Assembly: GCA_040905565.1 (NCBI GenBank)
Contig: JBBDRF010000012.1
Coordinates: 64,001 to 128,000 of the forward strand
Reading direction: 5' to 3'
Length of the DNA: 64,000 bases
Origin: Phycisphaeraceae bacterium
GTDB lineage: Bacteria > Planctomycetota > Phycisphaerae > Phycisphaerales > Zrk34
Shown one piece after another: positions 19,978-31,680 of this stretch. Each line of letters begins with the position of its first letter. Within the stretch, counting starts at the first letter, position 1. A program made the position numbers and the translations under genes. The notes beneath the pieces are model-generated. The model was not told the origin of the DNA. It saw nothing but the letters and a program-made list of their open reading frames with translations, and did not search any database.

Positions 19978-21396
19978 CTATAGCTGTGGGCGACGATCCG
20001 TCAGCGGATTGGCGCACTGGTAGGCATGAGCGGCTTTGAAGACGAGGGCGTCGGCGTATCGGTTGCCGACGATCTGCAGCCCGATCGGCAGACCTTCGCT
20101 GGTGAATCCGCACGGCACGGACATGGCCGGCTGCCCGGTCAGGTTGAACGGGTAGCTGAACGGCGTCCACGTGGGCCAGCGATCGTGAGGCCAGCCCTCG
20201 GGCACTTCGCGATTGGTTGCGAATGCGGGGATCGGCAGGGCGGGTGTGATCAGTAAATCGTAAGTCTGGTGGAACCGCCCCATGCGTTCGATGAGGGCAA
20301 GGCGCTCGTTGCCGGCTGCGAGGTAATCGATGATGTCCAGCTGAGCGGCCCACTCGGCGGCGGCGACGAGGCCGGTGTCCATCTTCTTCCGCTGCTCGGC
20401 ATCGATGGCACGCATGGCGTTGGCGGCCCCGCCGTAGAACAGGGCGTTGAAGGCATCAAGCGGATCGCCGAAGCCGGGATCTTTCAGGTCGACGATGGCG
20501 CCCATGTCCTCGAAGACCTCGGCTGCCTTGGCGACGGCTGCCGCGACTTCGTCGTTCATAATGTCGACATAGCCGAGCGCCGGGCTGAAGGCGATGCGCA
20601 GGTTCCGCACGCCGTCGGTCTGCTCACGCAGGGCCTCGGCGTAGGTGGTGTTCGGCTGCGGCGGTGGGGCGGTGGTGTCGCGGGCATCAGGGGCGACCAG
20701 AACATCCATCAGCATCGCCGCATCTTCCACCGTCCACGCCATCGGCCCGACGTGCGCGAGGGGATAGAACGCGCTGGGGGGCCACATGGGGGCGAGGCCG
20801 TGGGTGGGCTTGTGGCCGACGATGCCGCAGAACCCGGCGGGGATGCGCACCGAGCCGCCCGCATCGGTGCCGAGTGAGAGGGGGCCCATGCCCAGGGGGA
20901 TCATGGCTGCGCTGCCGCCGCTGGAGCCGCCCGCGGTTTTGGTGATGTCCCACGGGTTGTTCGTCGGGCCGGTGAGGGCGCTGTCGGTCACGCCCTTCCA
21001 TGCAAACTCAGGCGTGGTCACGCGGCCGGGTTGCACGAATCCGCTGCGCTTCAGGGCGGCGACGGCGGGGGCGTCTTCCTTGGCGAGATCATCGGCGGGA
21101 ATCAGCGTGGAGCCTTTGCGGTTCGGCTGCCCGCGGGTGAGGAACATATCCTTGATACCGACGGGGATGCCGTCGAGTGGCCCCATCGGTTGCAGGCAGC
21201 GGAAGCGTTCTTCGGAGGCCCGCGCCTGCTGCATTGTGAGTTCTTCGTCGAGCCAGCAGTAGGCGTTCACCGCATCGTTATGTTTATGGATGCGATCGAG
21301 CACCGCCTCGGCCGTCTCCACCGGCGAAAGCTCCCCCTGGCGATAGTAATCCGCCAGCTGGGCGGCAGTGAGATCGGCAACTTCGGTAGCGGGCAT
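19978..21396 (-). CDS. Amidase-signature family amidase
   Basis: PVGIKD, GGSSGGSAA, GTDAGGSVRIPA, GLPIGLQIV. Confidence 0.9.
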   Translation of the reverse strand: MPATEVADLTAAQLADYYRQGELSPVETAEAVLDRIHKHNDAVNAYCWLDEELTMQQARASEERFRCLQPMGPLDGIPVGIKDMFLTRGQPNRKGSTLIPADDLAKEDAPAVAALKRSGFVQPGRVTTPEFAWKGVTDSALTGPTNNPWDITKTAGGSSGGSAAMIPLGMGPLSLGTDAGGSVRIPAGFCGIVGHKPTHGLAPMWPPSAFYPLAHVGPMAWTVEDAAMLMDVLVAPDARDTTAPPPQPNTTYAEALREQTDGVRNLRIAFSPALGYVDIMNDEVAAAVAKAAEVFEDMGAIVDLKDPGFGDPLDAFNALFYGGAANAMRAIDAEQRKKMDTGLVAAAEWAAQLDIIDYLAAGNERLALIERMGRFHQTYDLLITPALPIPAFATNREVPEGWPHDRWPTWTPFSYPFNLTGQPAMSVPCGFTSEGLPIGLQIVGNRYADALVFKAAHAYQCANPLTDRRPQL

Positions 21397-21447
21397 TTCA
21401 AACTCCGAGAAGGCGAGCGGCAAAATCGAACGGCGACGGATGCGTCT

Positions 21448-22674
21448 CTACTGTGGTCGACCGACTCCCGAGGCCGGCGTGAATTCCTGTTCCGCCAGCC
21501 ACGGAATGATGCGACTGAAGGCTTCTTCGATCTTGTCCATCGAGGTCGAATAGCTGATCCGCAGCGAGTTCGGGCACGTATCGCCGAACGCATCGCCCGG
21601 CACCACGCAAACGCCCGTCTCCTGAAGCATCCGCATCGCCACGGTCGAGCCGTCGGTATTCGGCGGCAGCGACGGGAAAATATAAAACGCGCCCTGAGGC
21701 CAATACCCCTGCAGGTGCGGCGCCTTGCTGACCAGTTGCACGACGCGGTCGCGCCGGCGTCGGTACTCCGCGACCATCTTGTTCACGCAGCTGCGGTCGC
21801 CACGCAGCGCTGCCACGCCCGCCCACTGGGCTGGGGTGTTCGCCACGGTAGTCGTGAACATGTGATAACGGCGAAGCATCTTGATCGTGCCCGCACTGGA
21901 AATAATCCACCCGATCCGCAGGCCGGGCATGCTGAACGTCTTGGAGAAACTGTTGACCACCATGACGTGGTCCAGGTCCGACGTACAGCGGATCACGCTG
22001 GGGTATTCCATGTCGTCGAGAACGATCTTGTCGTACACCTCGTCACTGAAGACCTTCACGCCTCGGTAGGCTGCTTCTTCGACGATCGCCTCGACCGTTT
22101 CGCGTGGGTAGACCGCCCCGGTGGGGTTGTTAGGTGAGTTGAGGATGATGCCGTAGGTGCGCATGCCGATATGGCGAATCACCTCTTCGGGATCAAGCTG
22201 ATGGCCTGACTCGGCATAGGTGGGGATGATCTTGACCTCGCCGCCGTTCATGCGGATCAGCGGGGCGTAGAGCACGAAGGTGGGATCGGTCACCAGGAAC
22301 TGCCGACCGGGGGCGGCGGTGGCGCTGAGGGCGAGGTACATCGCCTCGGTCGCACCGGTGGTGACCAGGAAGTTGTCTTCGGTTAGATCGCGGTCGTACT
22401 CTTCGCTGTAGTAGTCCTTCAGGGCCGTCAGCAACTCGGGCAGGCCGGCGTCCATTGTGTACTGCGTCTGCCCAGCCCGGAGCGCGTCGATGTGGGCTTC
22501 AATGATGTGCTCGGGCGTCGGGAAATCCGGCTGCCCGATGGAAAGATGGATCACGTCCTTCATCGAAGCCGCCAGGTTGATCATCTTCCGGATGCCCGGC
22601 ATGGGGATGGATTGCAAAGCCGGGGTCCAAGTGGCTTTTTCCGTCTCAAATTCATGCTCATTCGTGGAGGCCAT
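21448..22674 (-). CDS. Class I/II PLP aminotransferase
   Basis: IGQPDF, NSPNNPTG, SDEVY, SFSKTFSMPGLRIG. Confidence 0.9.
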   Translation of the reverse strand: MASTNEHEFETEKATWTPALQSIPMPGIRKMINLAASMKDVIHLSIGQPDFPTPEHIIEAHIDALRAGQTQYTMDAGLPELLTALKDYYSEEYDRDLTEDNFLVTTGATEAMYLALSATAAPGRQFLVTDPTFVLYAPLIRMNGGEVKIIPTYAESGHQLDPEEVIRHIGMRTYGIILNSPNNPTGAVYPRETVEAIVEEAAYRGVKVFSDEVYDKIVLDDMEYPSVIRCTSDLDHVMVVNSFSKTFSMPGLRIGWIISSAGTIKMLRRYHMFTTTVANTPAQWAGVAALRGDRSCVNKMVAEYRRRRDRVVQLVSKAPHLQGYWPQGAFYIFPSLPPNTDGSTVAMRMLQETGVCVVPGDAFGDTCPNSLRISYSTSMDKIEEAFSRIIPWLAEQEFTPASGVGRPQ

Positions 22675-23023
22675 GGGAGGGTTCCTTCTCAAGCTTGCCG
22701 GGGGCCGTTGCCGTTACCGCGGTAGGGATATGACGCGTCGGTTTGAACTACTGCCTTACATAGCCTTGTTGCGTGGGTTTGGTTCGCGTGAGATTTTGCT
22801 AACTTTGGTGCATTCCTTCGGCGCATTCTAGTCCGCCGCGCTTGCATCACGGCAAGCGGTGGACACAAAGATTTCGCGCCTTTTTCGAAGCACTGTCATG
22901 CCTTACATCATCGGCTTGTAACCGGGGTCAGTTGACAATTTCGCATCGCGAGGAGTACGGTTTCGAGATGCCGTGCAGCGACCCGATGTGGGGAGAAGAC
23001 GGCCGAGACACGAGAGGAACTCG

Positions 23024-24025
23024 ATGAACGCTTCCGCAGTGGATAAACCGGTCGTCGCGGTGTTTTCCAGCCAGTCTCCCACCGGGCCCAGCGGCGGTGA
23101 GCGATGGCCGGGGCTCGACTCACTGGACGAGCTTGCCGTCGTCCGCCACGCCTCGACCGCTGAGGAACTGACCGAGGCCCTGCGTGAGGCCGACGTTCTG
23201 CTCGTCACGGATTTCCGCACGCCCGTCGTTCAACAGGCTTGGCCGCACGCCCGCCGGCTCAAGTGGGTACACGCCACCAGCGCGGGCGTCGATAAGCTGC
23301 TGTTTCCCGAGCTCATCGAGAGCGACGTTCCTGTCACGAACGCCCGGGGCATTTTCGATCGTCCGATCGCGGAATACGTGCTCGGCTTCATCCTCGTCTA
23401 CGCAAAGGATGTCCTGGGCACGGTCGCCCTTCAGCGTGAGCACACCTGGCAACATCGTGATACCGAACGCATCGAAGGTAAGCGGGTGCTCGTCGTGGGG
23501 GCGGGTTCAATTGGGCGGCAGATCGGGCGGCTTTGCGGGGCGGCGGGCATGGCTGTGACCGCGCTGGCGCGTCACCCTCGGACCGACGATCCGGATTTCG
23601 AAAAGGTTCACGCCTCGGAGGATCTGCACCAGCTCCTTCCCGAGGCCGATTATGTCGTCATCGCCGCCCCGCTTACCGACGAAACCCGTGGGCTGTTCGA
23701 TGCGGCCACGCTGGAGCGCTTCAAGCCCACCGCTCGGCTGATCAACATCGGCCGAGGCGAAATCGTGCAGACCGAGCCATTGGTCGAGGCGCTCAACGCC
23801 GGACGGCTCGCCGGTGCCGCGTTGGATGTTTTTGAGCAGGAGCCGTTGCCCGAGGACCACCCACTTTGGACGCTGCCGAACGTGATCGTTTCGCCCCATA
23901 TGGCCGGCGACGTCCACGGCTGGCGCGCCGCACTCAGCGATCAATTTCTCAAGCTGCTTAAGCACTGGAAGGCCACGGGCGAACTGACGAACCTTGTCAA
24001 CAAGGAACGCGGCTACGCCGGCTGA
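23024..24025 (+). CDS. D-2-hydroxyacid dehydrogenase
   Basis: GAGSIG, PLTDETRGLF, INIGRG, LDVFEQEPL, SPHMAG. Confidence 0.9.
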   Translation: MNASAVDKPVVAVFSSQSPTGPSGGERWPGLDSLDELAVVRHASTAEELTEALREADVLLVTDFRTPVVQQAWPHARRLKWVHATSAGVDKLLFPELIESDVPVTNARGIFDRPIAEYVLGFILVYAKDVLGTVALQREHTWQHRDTERIEGKRVLVVGAGSIGRQIGRLCGAAGMAVTALARHPRTDDPDFEKVHASEDLHQLLPEADYVVIAAPLTDETRGLFDAATLERFKPTARLINIGRGEIVQTEPLVEALNAGRLAGAALDVFEQEPLPEDHPLWTLPNVIVSPHMAGDVHGWRAALSDQFLKLLKHWKATGELTNLVNKERGYAG

Positions 24026-24109
24026 CCGCCGGCGCCTGCTCAAGAGCCGGGTTGTCCTCAACCGGGTCGAGTTGGTGGGGGGGGCGGCGTGGGATAGAAT
24101 GGGCAGCTT

Positions 24110-25681
24110 ATGCCCAACGCACACGAAAAAACCGTCTTCCTCGAAACCTTCGGCTGCCAGATGAACGTCCTCGACAGCGAGTTGGTCGTCGGCGCGCTCC
24201 GCGGCCTCGGCTACGCACTGACCGAGCAGCGCGACGCCGCCGACGTCATCCTCTTCAACACCTGCTCAGTGCGGCAGCAGGCGGAGGATAAAGTCTACGG
24301 GCGGCTGGGGGACGTGAAGCGTGTGAAGCGCGAGCGGCCCGACGTCGTCGTCGGCGTCATCGGCTGTATGGCTGAACGCGACGGCGAAGACCTGCTCAAA
24401 CGCTATCCGCAGGTCGACCTGATGTGCGGACCGGCCGAGCTGGACAAGGTCCCCCTGCTCATCGACAACGTGCTCAAAACACGCGAACCCGCGCTGGCCC
24501 TGCAAAACGGGAAAAGTGGGGGCGCAAGTGGCGGAGGGGCGCGGCGATCGTCCACGCTCGCAGCAGCCAAGGACGACCTGGAACTGCTGGATCTTTCACG
24601 TTCGATGTCGCCTGACGCAGCGGGGGCGCACAACAACTCTGCCTACGTCCGCATCACGCGCGGCTGTAACAAATTCTGCACCTACTGCGTCGTGCCCTAC
24701 ACCCGTGGGGCTGAGGTGCACCGCCCGCCCGACCACATCGTGGCCGAGTGCCGACAGCTTGCGGAGGCGGGCATCACCGAGGTGACGCTGCTTGGCCAGA
24801 CCGTCAATCATTATCTTTACGACCATGGTGCGGCGATCAGCATGGAAGGCGTGCAGCAGCCGCAGGTCGGTCCCGGCGGCAAGGCGTTCAAGCAGAGCCA
24901 GCAGTACGCAGCCGGCCGAAAGCTGACCACGTTCGCGAACCTGCTCAAGCGCATCCACGACGAAGTTCCCGCCATTCAAAGGCTGCGGTTTGTGACAAGC
25001 TATCCGCGGGATTTCGGCGACGACATTCTTCAGGTGATGGCCGAGAGTGAACGCATCTGCAATTACCTTCACGTTCCCGCTCAGCACGGCTCGGACCGGG
25101 TGCTCAAGCTGATGAACCGCGAATACACCATCGGCGAGTATTACGCCTTCATTGAGCGGGCGCGGAGCTTCATGCCCGACGTCCAGATCGCCAGCGACTT
25201 CATCGTCGGCTTCCCCACCGAAACCGAAGCGGAGTTCCAGACGAATAAGGAAGTGATTCGCCGCTGCCAGTTCAAGAACAGCTTCATCTTCAAGTATTCG
25301 CCTCGGCCGGGCACGATCGCCATCGATCGATTTGCCGACGATGTCCCCGATGCCGTCAAGCGTCGACGCAACGCGGAACTGCTGGAAGTGCAGGCGGAGG
25401 TCTCCCAGCAGGTGCACGATGCGATCGTCGGACAGACGGTGCAGGTGAAGGTCGAAGGCGTGAGCAAGAAGGGGATGAAGCAGCGGCAGCAGGGCAATGT
25501 TGAACTCCGCTGGGAGCACGGTGAGGAAGTCACGCAACTGTCCGGCCGAACGCGCGGCGACCTGATCGTCATGTTTGACGGCAGCGAAGAACTCGTCGGC
25601 AAACTGGTGGACGTGAACGTTCAGACCGCCAAACCGCTGACCCTGTTCGGAGAACTCGCCGGACAACCTGCTGCGGTGTAG
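24110..25681 (+). CDS. miaB: tRNA-2-methylthio-N6-dimethylallyladenosine synthase
   Basis: ETFGCQMN, NTCSVR, GCNKFCTYCVVPYTRG, FKYSPRPGT, C-terminal TRAM domain. Confidence 0.92.
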   Translation: MPNAHEKTVFLETFGCQMNVLDSELVVGALRGLGYALTEQRDAADVILFNTCSVRQQAEDKVYGRLGDVKRVKRERPDVVVGVIGCMAERDGEDLLKRYPQVDLMCGPAELDKVPLLIDNVLKTREPALALQNGKSGGASGGGARRSSTLAAAKDDLELLDLSRSMSPDAAGAHNNSAYVRITRGCNKFCTYCVVPYTRGAEVHRPPDHIVAECRQLAEAGITEVTLLGQTVNHYLYDHGAAISMEGVQQPQVGPGGKAFKQSQQYAAGRKLTTFANLLKRIHDEVPAIQRLRFVTSYPRDFGDDILQVMAESERICNYLHVPAQHGSDRVLKLMNREYTIGEYYAFIERARSFMPDVQIASDFIVGFPTETEAEFQTNKEVIRRCQFKNSFIFKYSPRPGTIAIDRFADDVPDAVKRRRNAELLEVQAEVSQQVHDAIVGQTVQVKVEGVSKKGMKQRQQGNVELRWEHGEEVTQLSGRTRGDLIVMFDGSEELVGKLVDVNVQTAKPLTLFGELAGQPAAV

Positions 25682-25757
25682 AACACCGGCGCGATAACCT
25701 TCAACCGCCAGACCGCTCTTTTGTTGGCACCGCGGCATGAGGGTAGACTGTTCGATC

Positions 25758-27659
25758 ATGTCGACTGCACCCGAGCTTCAACGTCCGGTCCTCTGGCGGA
25801 ATATCAGTTTTCATCTGCTGTGGACCAGTACGTTCGCCAGCGGGTTCGGCGATCGCATGGCGATGCTGGTGGCCATGGCGATGCTCGGGTATGGCGCGAC
25901 CGGGGCGGACAATTCCAGCATCCAGGCCGTTATCAATTTCTTCTTCTTTCTGCCGTACCTGATCTGGAGTCCGATGGCGGGCTGGCTCACCGATCGCCTG
26001 CCTCGCAAGTGGGTGCTCCTCGCGGCCGACCAGTCGCGCGGCGTTATCCTCCTTTGCGCCCTGCTGCTGGCGCCTTCCGCCGGCGTGATTGTCCCGGAGG
26101 GCGAACGCTGGCTCGTCTGGATGCTGATGCTTGGGCTCGGCATCATGGCGGCAACGTTCGTCCCGGCCCGGTTGAGCGTCGTCCCCAGTGTGGTCGGCAT
26201 GAAGCTGATCACGCGCGCCAACGGAGCCGTCGTCTCGATGGGCGTCATCGGCAACCTCTTCGGCCTGCTGCTCGGCGCGTCGCTGGTGGAACACTCGCTG
26301 GAGCAGGCGATTTACGTGGGGGCGGCCTGCTACATCATCTCCGGGCTGTTCTGGGTCTTTCTGCGGATGCCCTGGGAGAAGAAGCGGACACTTGGACTGG
26401 ATGCCCGCCACGGACCGTTCTACGCATTCAAGGAGATCGGCGACGGCCTGCGCTACGCCTGGCAAAAACGGGTCGTCCGCGTGCTGGTGCTGATGTCCGC
26501 GGTGGTCTGGGGCGGCACGGCGGTCTACGTTCCCGCCGTCGCTGCGCTGAACGTCGAACTCTACGGCCAGCAGATCGGCACCTATGGGCCGCTGCTCGGG
26601 ATGGTCGGCCTCGGCATGCTCCTCGGTGCCATCGGCCTCGCCGTCTGCAATCCGATCCGCGGGCTTGAGGTGCTCATGGTCGGCGGCTTTTTCCTGCTCG
26701 CACTCTGCCTCGGCCTTCAGGCGGTGGTGCCGGTGCTGGCGCTGGGGATGGTGCTCTCGTTCGGCGTCGGCCTCTCGGGGGCGCTGCTAATGGTGCCCCT
26801 GCACACGCTCCTGCAGCGGGTGTCGGCAAACCACGTCCGCGGTCGTGTCTTCGGCGCGAAGGAACTCGTCGGCGAGGTCGGCATGGTCGTCATCTCGCTC
26901 ATGGTCTGGCAGATGCCGCGCACGGATGCGCTGATGCGGCCGTTGATGATTGGCCTTGCGTTCCTCTACATCGCGGTCGGCATCTACGGCGTGAAACGCT
27001 ACATCATGACCGGCCCCACCGGCACGCGGACGCTTAACGTGGTCTGGCGTGTGATTCGGCTGGTCTCCGAGGGCATGCATCAACTGGACGTCCGCGGACG
27101 TGGCAACATGCCTCGCACGGGGCCCGCGCTGCTCGTGGCGAACCATACAGCCGGCACGGACCCGATGCTGATTCAGTCGGCGGTGCAACGCAAGGTCCGC
27201 TGGATGATGGCGAACGAGTACATGTTCCCTGCGCTGAATTTCATCTGGCGTCGCATGCAGCCGATCGGCGTCGCACGCACGGGGCGTGATGCGACGGCGG
27301 CGCGGCAGGCGATTGCGGCGCTGCGGAATGGCGATGCCGTGGCGGTGTTCCCCGAAGGGCGGATCAATCGTGACCGCGAGCCGTTGCAGGAGTTTTCGGC
27401 CGGCGTGGGGCTGATCGCCTTGCGCAGCGGTGCGCCCGTGGTGCCGATCTGGATCGAAGGCACGCCCCGCGGCAAGGTGCTCGGCGCATATTTACGGTTC
27501 AGCCGCTCGCGCGTCCGGTTCGGTGAACCGTTCGTCGTCGATCCCAACATGAAACCGGCCGAAGCGGCGGAGCTGATGCGGCAGAAGGTGGCCGACCTCG
27601 GCGTCTGGGACGCGGAGATCTCCGAAGCTGCCACACACCAGACAAGCGCGATGGGTTAG
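25758..27659 (+). CDS. MFS (LplT-like) transporter fused to PlsC-type acyltransferase
   Basis: About 12 TM segments with GWLTDRLPRK motif A, then NHTAGTD (HxxxxD) and FPEG acyltransferase motifs. Confidence 0.85.
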   Translation: MSTAPELQRPVLWRNISFHLLWTSTFASGFGDRMAMLVAMAMLGYGATGADNSSIQAVINFFFFLPYLIWSPMAGWLTDRLPRKWVLLAADQSRGVILLCALLLAPSAGVIVPEGERWLVWMLMLGLGIMAATFVPARLSVVPSVVGMKLITRANGAVVSMGVIGNLFGLLLGASLVEHSLEQAIYVGAACYIISGLFWVFLRMPWEKKRTLGLDARHGPFYAFKEIGDGLRYAWQKRVVRVLVLMSAVVWGGTAVYVPAVAALNVELYGQQIGTYGPLLGMVGLGMLLGAIGLAVCNPIRGLEVLMVGGFFLLALCLGLQAVVPVLALGMVLSFGVGLSGALLMVPLHTLLQRVSANHVRGRVFGAKELVGEVGMVVISLMVWQMPRTDALMRPLMIGLAFLYIAVGIYGVKRYIMTGPTGTRTLNVVWRVIRLVSEGMHQLDVRGRGNMPRTGPALLVANHTAGTDPMLIQSAVQRKVRWMMANEYMFPALNFIWRRMQPIGVARTGRDATAARQAIAALRNGDAVAVFPEGRINRDREPLQEFSAGVGLIALRSGAPVVPIWIEGTPRGKVLGAYLRFSRSRVRFGEPFVVDPNMKPAEAAELMRQKVADLGVWDAEISEAATHQTSAMG

Positions 27660-27689
27660 CCTTGTGCCCCAGGGCAGGCGCCCGCTCAA

Positions 27690-29042
<1,353 letters not shown>

Positions 29043-29117
29043 CGTCGACTCCAGATGTATCCGGTGAATCCCCCAGGGCAACAGACATAGTTTACTTACT
29101 GCCGTTCGCGCAAACAA

Positions 29118-29153
29118 CAGCACGGCCGAACCTTTGATGGCTCGGCCGTGCTG
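29118..29153 (-). terminator. Hairpin between the two Gfo/Idh/MocA genes
   Basis: CAGCACGGCCGA...TCGGCCGTGCTG 12-bp stem, followed by TTGTTTG on the minus strand. Confidence 0.55.
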
Positions 29154-29195
29154 AAGTATTGCAATCGTCACCCGCTTAAGGCGGGCGGCGTTGAT

Positions 29196-30539
29196 TTAGA
29201 TTTCTTCCCAGCCCTGACGGGGCTGACGACGGATGAACTGGTTGGCCTGATCGAAGTTCGTGACCTTCATGTTCGGGCCATCCCATTCGAGCTTACGCCC
29301 GGAGAGCAGGGCGACGTTGCCGAGCAGGATGGTTTCGGTCATCGGGCCTGCGTAGTCGAAGTTCGAGCCGGGCTTGGGGCCGCCCTTGATGGCGTTGACG
29401 AACTCCTGGTGGTGGCCGGGCGACCGCTCAAGCAGCTGCGGGGGCCGGCCGAATTCACGGCGCTTGGCCTCGGGGATAAGACGGGGGCCGCCGCCGTAGT
29501 CACCGCTGACGAGGATGGTGCCCTTGTCGCCGATGAACAGGTTGCCGCTCTGGGGCATGCGGAGGTCCTCGTCGAGTTCGTCGGGGCGCGGGGGCAGGTT
29601 GGCCGAGCCGTCTGCCTTCTTGCCGTCGTACCAGTACGAGGTGAAGGCGGGGCGGTCGCCCTTGGCGGCGAATTCCCACTTGACGGTCGAACCGGTCGGG
29701 AATGCGTCGCCGGTGAGCCCCTCCGTCATCAGCGGTTCGACGCTGATGGGGTGGCCCGGATCGAAGGCCCAGAACAAGCCGTCCATCGTGTGGCAGGCCA
29801 TGTCGCCGAGCGCGCCGGCGCCGAAATCACGCCAGCCACGCCATGCGAAGGGATAGGTGTCCTTCGTGTAGTGACGCAGCGGCGCCGGGCCGATCCAAGT
29901 GTTCCAATCCAGGCCCGCAGGCACCGGATCGATCTGCTTCGGCCGATGCATGCCCTGCGGCCAGACCGGACGATTGGTCCAGGTGTGCGCTTCCTTCAGG
30001 TTACCGATCGCGCCGGCCCTGACGAGTTCGATCAGAACGCGCCAGCCTTCGTCGGCGTGGCCCTGGTTGCCCATCTGCGTCTGGACCTTATTCTTCTGCG
30101 CCAGTTCCGTGAGGCGACGTGCTTCCCACACTGACCAGGTCAAAGGCTTTTCACAGTAGACATGCTTGCCCAGTTCCAGGGCAGAGGCGGCGGCGTGGAA
30201 GTGAGTATGGTCGGGGGTGGCGACAAACACCGCGTCGAACTCGTTGTGATGCTTGTCGAACATCCGCCGGTAGTCGCTGTAACGCTGCGCGCTGGGCCAG
30301 GCTTCAGCGGCGTTGCTCTGGTTGGACTCCAGAACCTCTGCAAAGCAGGGGCTGTTGTGGCCCATCTGCGACATTGCCCCCACGTGAGCACCGGCTCGAC
30401 CGCCGGTGGCGACGAAGGCGAAGTTGATCTTCTCGTTAGCCGACTCCGCACGCGTCAGCTTGGGCATCACGAGCGGCAGCGTCATGCCGGCTGCACCGGC
30501 GTAACCGAGAAAAGTTCTACGGGTGGTTTTGTCTACCAT
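29196..30539 (-). CDS. Tat-exported Gfo/Idh/MocA oxidoreductase
   Basis: TRRTFLG twin-Arg, ATPDHTH, HVYCEKPL, WRGWRDFGAGALGDMACH. Confidence 0.9.
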   Translation of the reverse strand: MVDKTTRRTFLGYAGAAGMTLPLVMPKLTRAESANEKINFAFVATGGRAGAHVGAMSQMGHNSPCFAEVLESNQSNAAEAWPSAQRYSDYRRMFDKHHNEFDAVFVATPDHTHFHAAASALELGKHVYCEKPLTWSVWEARRLTELAQKNKVQTQMGNQGHADEGWRVLIELVRAGAIGNLKEAHTWTNRPVWPQGMHRPKQIDPVPAGLDWNTWIGPAPLRHYTKDTYPFAWRGWRDFGAGALGDMACHTMDGLFWAFDPGHPISVEPLMTEGLTGDAFPTGSTVKWEFAAKGDRPAFTSYWYDGKKADGSANLPPRPDELDEDLRMPQSGNLFIGDKGTILVSGDYGGGPRLIPEAKRREFGRPPQLLERSPGHHQEFVNAIKGGPKPGSNFDYAGPMTETILLGNVALLSGRKLEWDGPNMKVTNFDQANQFIRRQPRQGWEEI

Positions 30540-30682
30540 TGATGACTCCGAAGTGTGAATAAATCCCCCAACAACGTGTTCCTAGTTTAGAACGTTTCGC
30601 TTTTTGATGCAACGGAATCTTTCCCCCATCAACCTTTTCCATAGCGCGTCACGGCGCTTGGCGAAGCATGCTTTTGAACCGG

Positions 30683-31666
30683 CTACACCTCTCCGAGCCA
30701 GTGCTGGCGCAGCATGCCTTGAGACCAGCCTCGGCCGAGCATCACGCCGGCGACTCCCGCCGAGGCGTAGTAGCCCGGCATCACCAGCCCGGCCGGCCAG
30801 TACTGGCCTGTGAAGTAGTTATAAAGAAGCACGGTGTGCCCCGCGCCCTGCGTGGCGATGTAGAGGTACCAGGCGAACCCGGCCACCAGCGGCGCGCAAA
30901 GGAAGACAACCGGATTGCGCACCGGCGAGATCTGGTGGGAGATCAGCCCCGCCAGAAAGTAGCTGATGCCCACGCCCCACAAGACCTGTGGCCAGTCGGC
31001 TGTGCGGACGAGCAGCGCGACGCCCAGCGAACCGAGCACGACGCAGATGAGGCCTGCCTGCAGTTCGGCGCCGATGCCTGAACGTCCCTCCATCGCATCG
31101 GCTGCCCCCCACCATGTGCGCGCCGAGGCCTCGGCCTTGCCTTCGGCGACGCCTTCGACGCGGTCGGGGGCCAGGTACTGAAGGTACGCGTTGAACTGGT
31201 ACACGATGAGCAGGATGGCCATCCACAATACCGCCCAGATCAGCATCTCGGCTGCGAAGTACCAGTAGAGACTGGTGCCGTCGGATCGTCGGAGCCAACC
31301 GTCGACTGAGCCGGCTGAGGCGACGGCGACGCTTAATCCCACCGCGACGACAAAGATGCCCGCTCCCGGTCGGCCGATGGCCGTGATCGCCAGTGCCACC
31401 ATTGCCGTGACAGCGGTGAGCGTGGCAAGCCAGAGAACCGCCACGATGGGTGAGCCCGCCAGCAGCAGCGTCAGGCCCTGCGTTCCGTCGTCGGCCTGCG
31501 CGATCGGCAAAGCCTGGAGATAGACCACGCCGCACGCCGCCGCGGCGGCGATCACGAGCAGCCGATAGACGGTCGCCGGCAAAGCCTGCCGCGTGAGCCA
31601 CCGATGCATCGACGCCTGATCTGTTCGTTCACTGGTCATCATCTGAGTCATACCGCTGGTTCCCAT
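30683..31666 (-). CDS. Hypothetical polytopic membrane protein (start uncertain)
   Basis: About 8 hydrophobic segments; follows the antiporter gene on the same strand. Confidence 0.65.
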   Translation of the reverse strand: MGTSGMTQMMTSERTDQASMHRWLTRQALPATVYRLLVIAAAAACGVVYLQALPIAQADDGTQGLTLLLAGSPIVAVLWLATLTAVTAMVALAITAIGRPGAGIFVVAVGLSVAVASAGSVDGWLRRSDGTSLYWYFAAEMLIWAVLWMAILLIVYQFNAYLQYLAPDRVEGVAEGKAEASARTWWGAADAMEGRSGIGAELQAGLICVVLGSLGVALLVRTADWPQVLWGVGISYFLAGLISHQISPVRNPVVFLCAPLVAGFAWYLYIATQGAGHTVLLYNYFTGQYWPAGLVMPGYYASAGVAGVMLGRGWSQGMLRQHWLGEV

Positions 31667-31680
31667 GGGAAGCAAACGCC

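Noticed and set aside
19978..21396. gatA
   Set aside because: No gatB or gatC nearby and the context is catabolic; called a generic amidase.
24480..24930. Insertions in MiaB as an intein or mobile element
   Set aside because: Short low-complexity loops with no intein termini or repeats.
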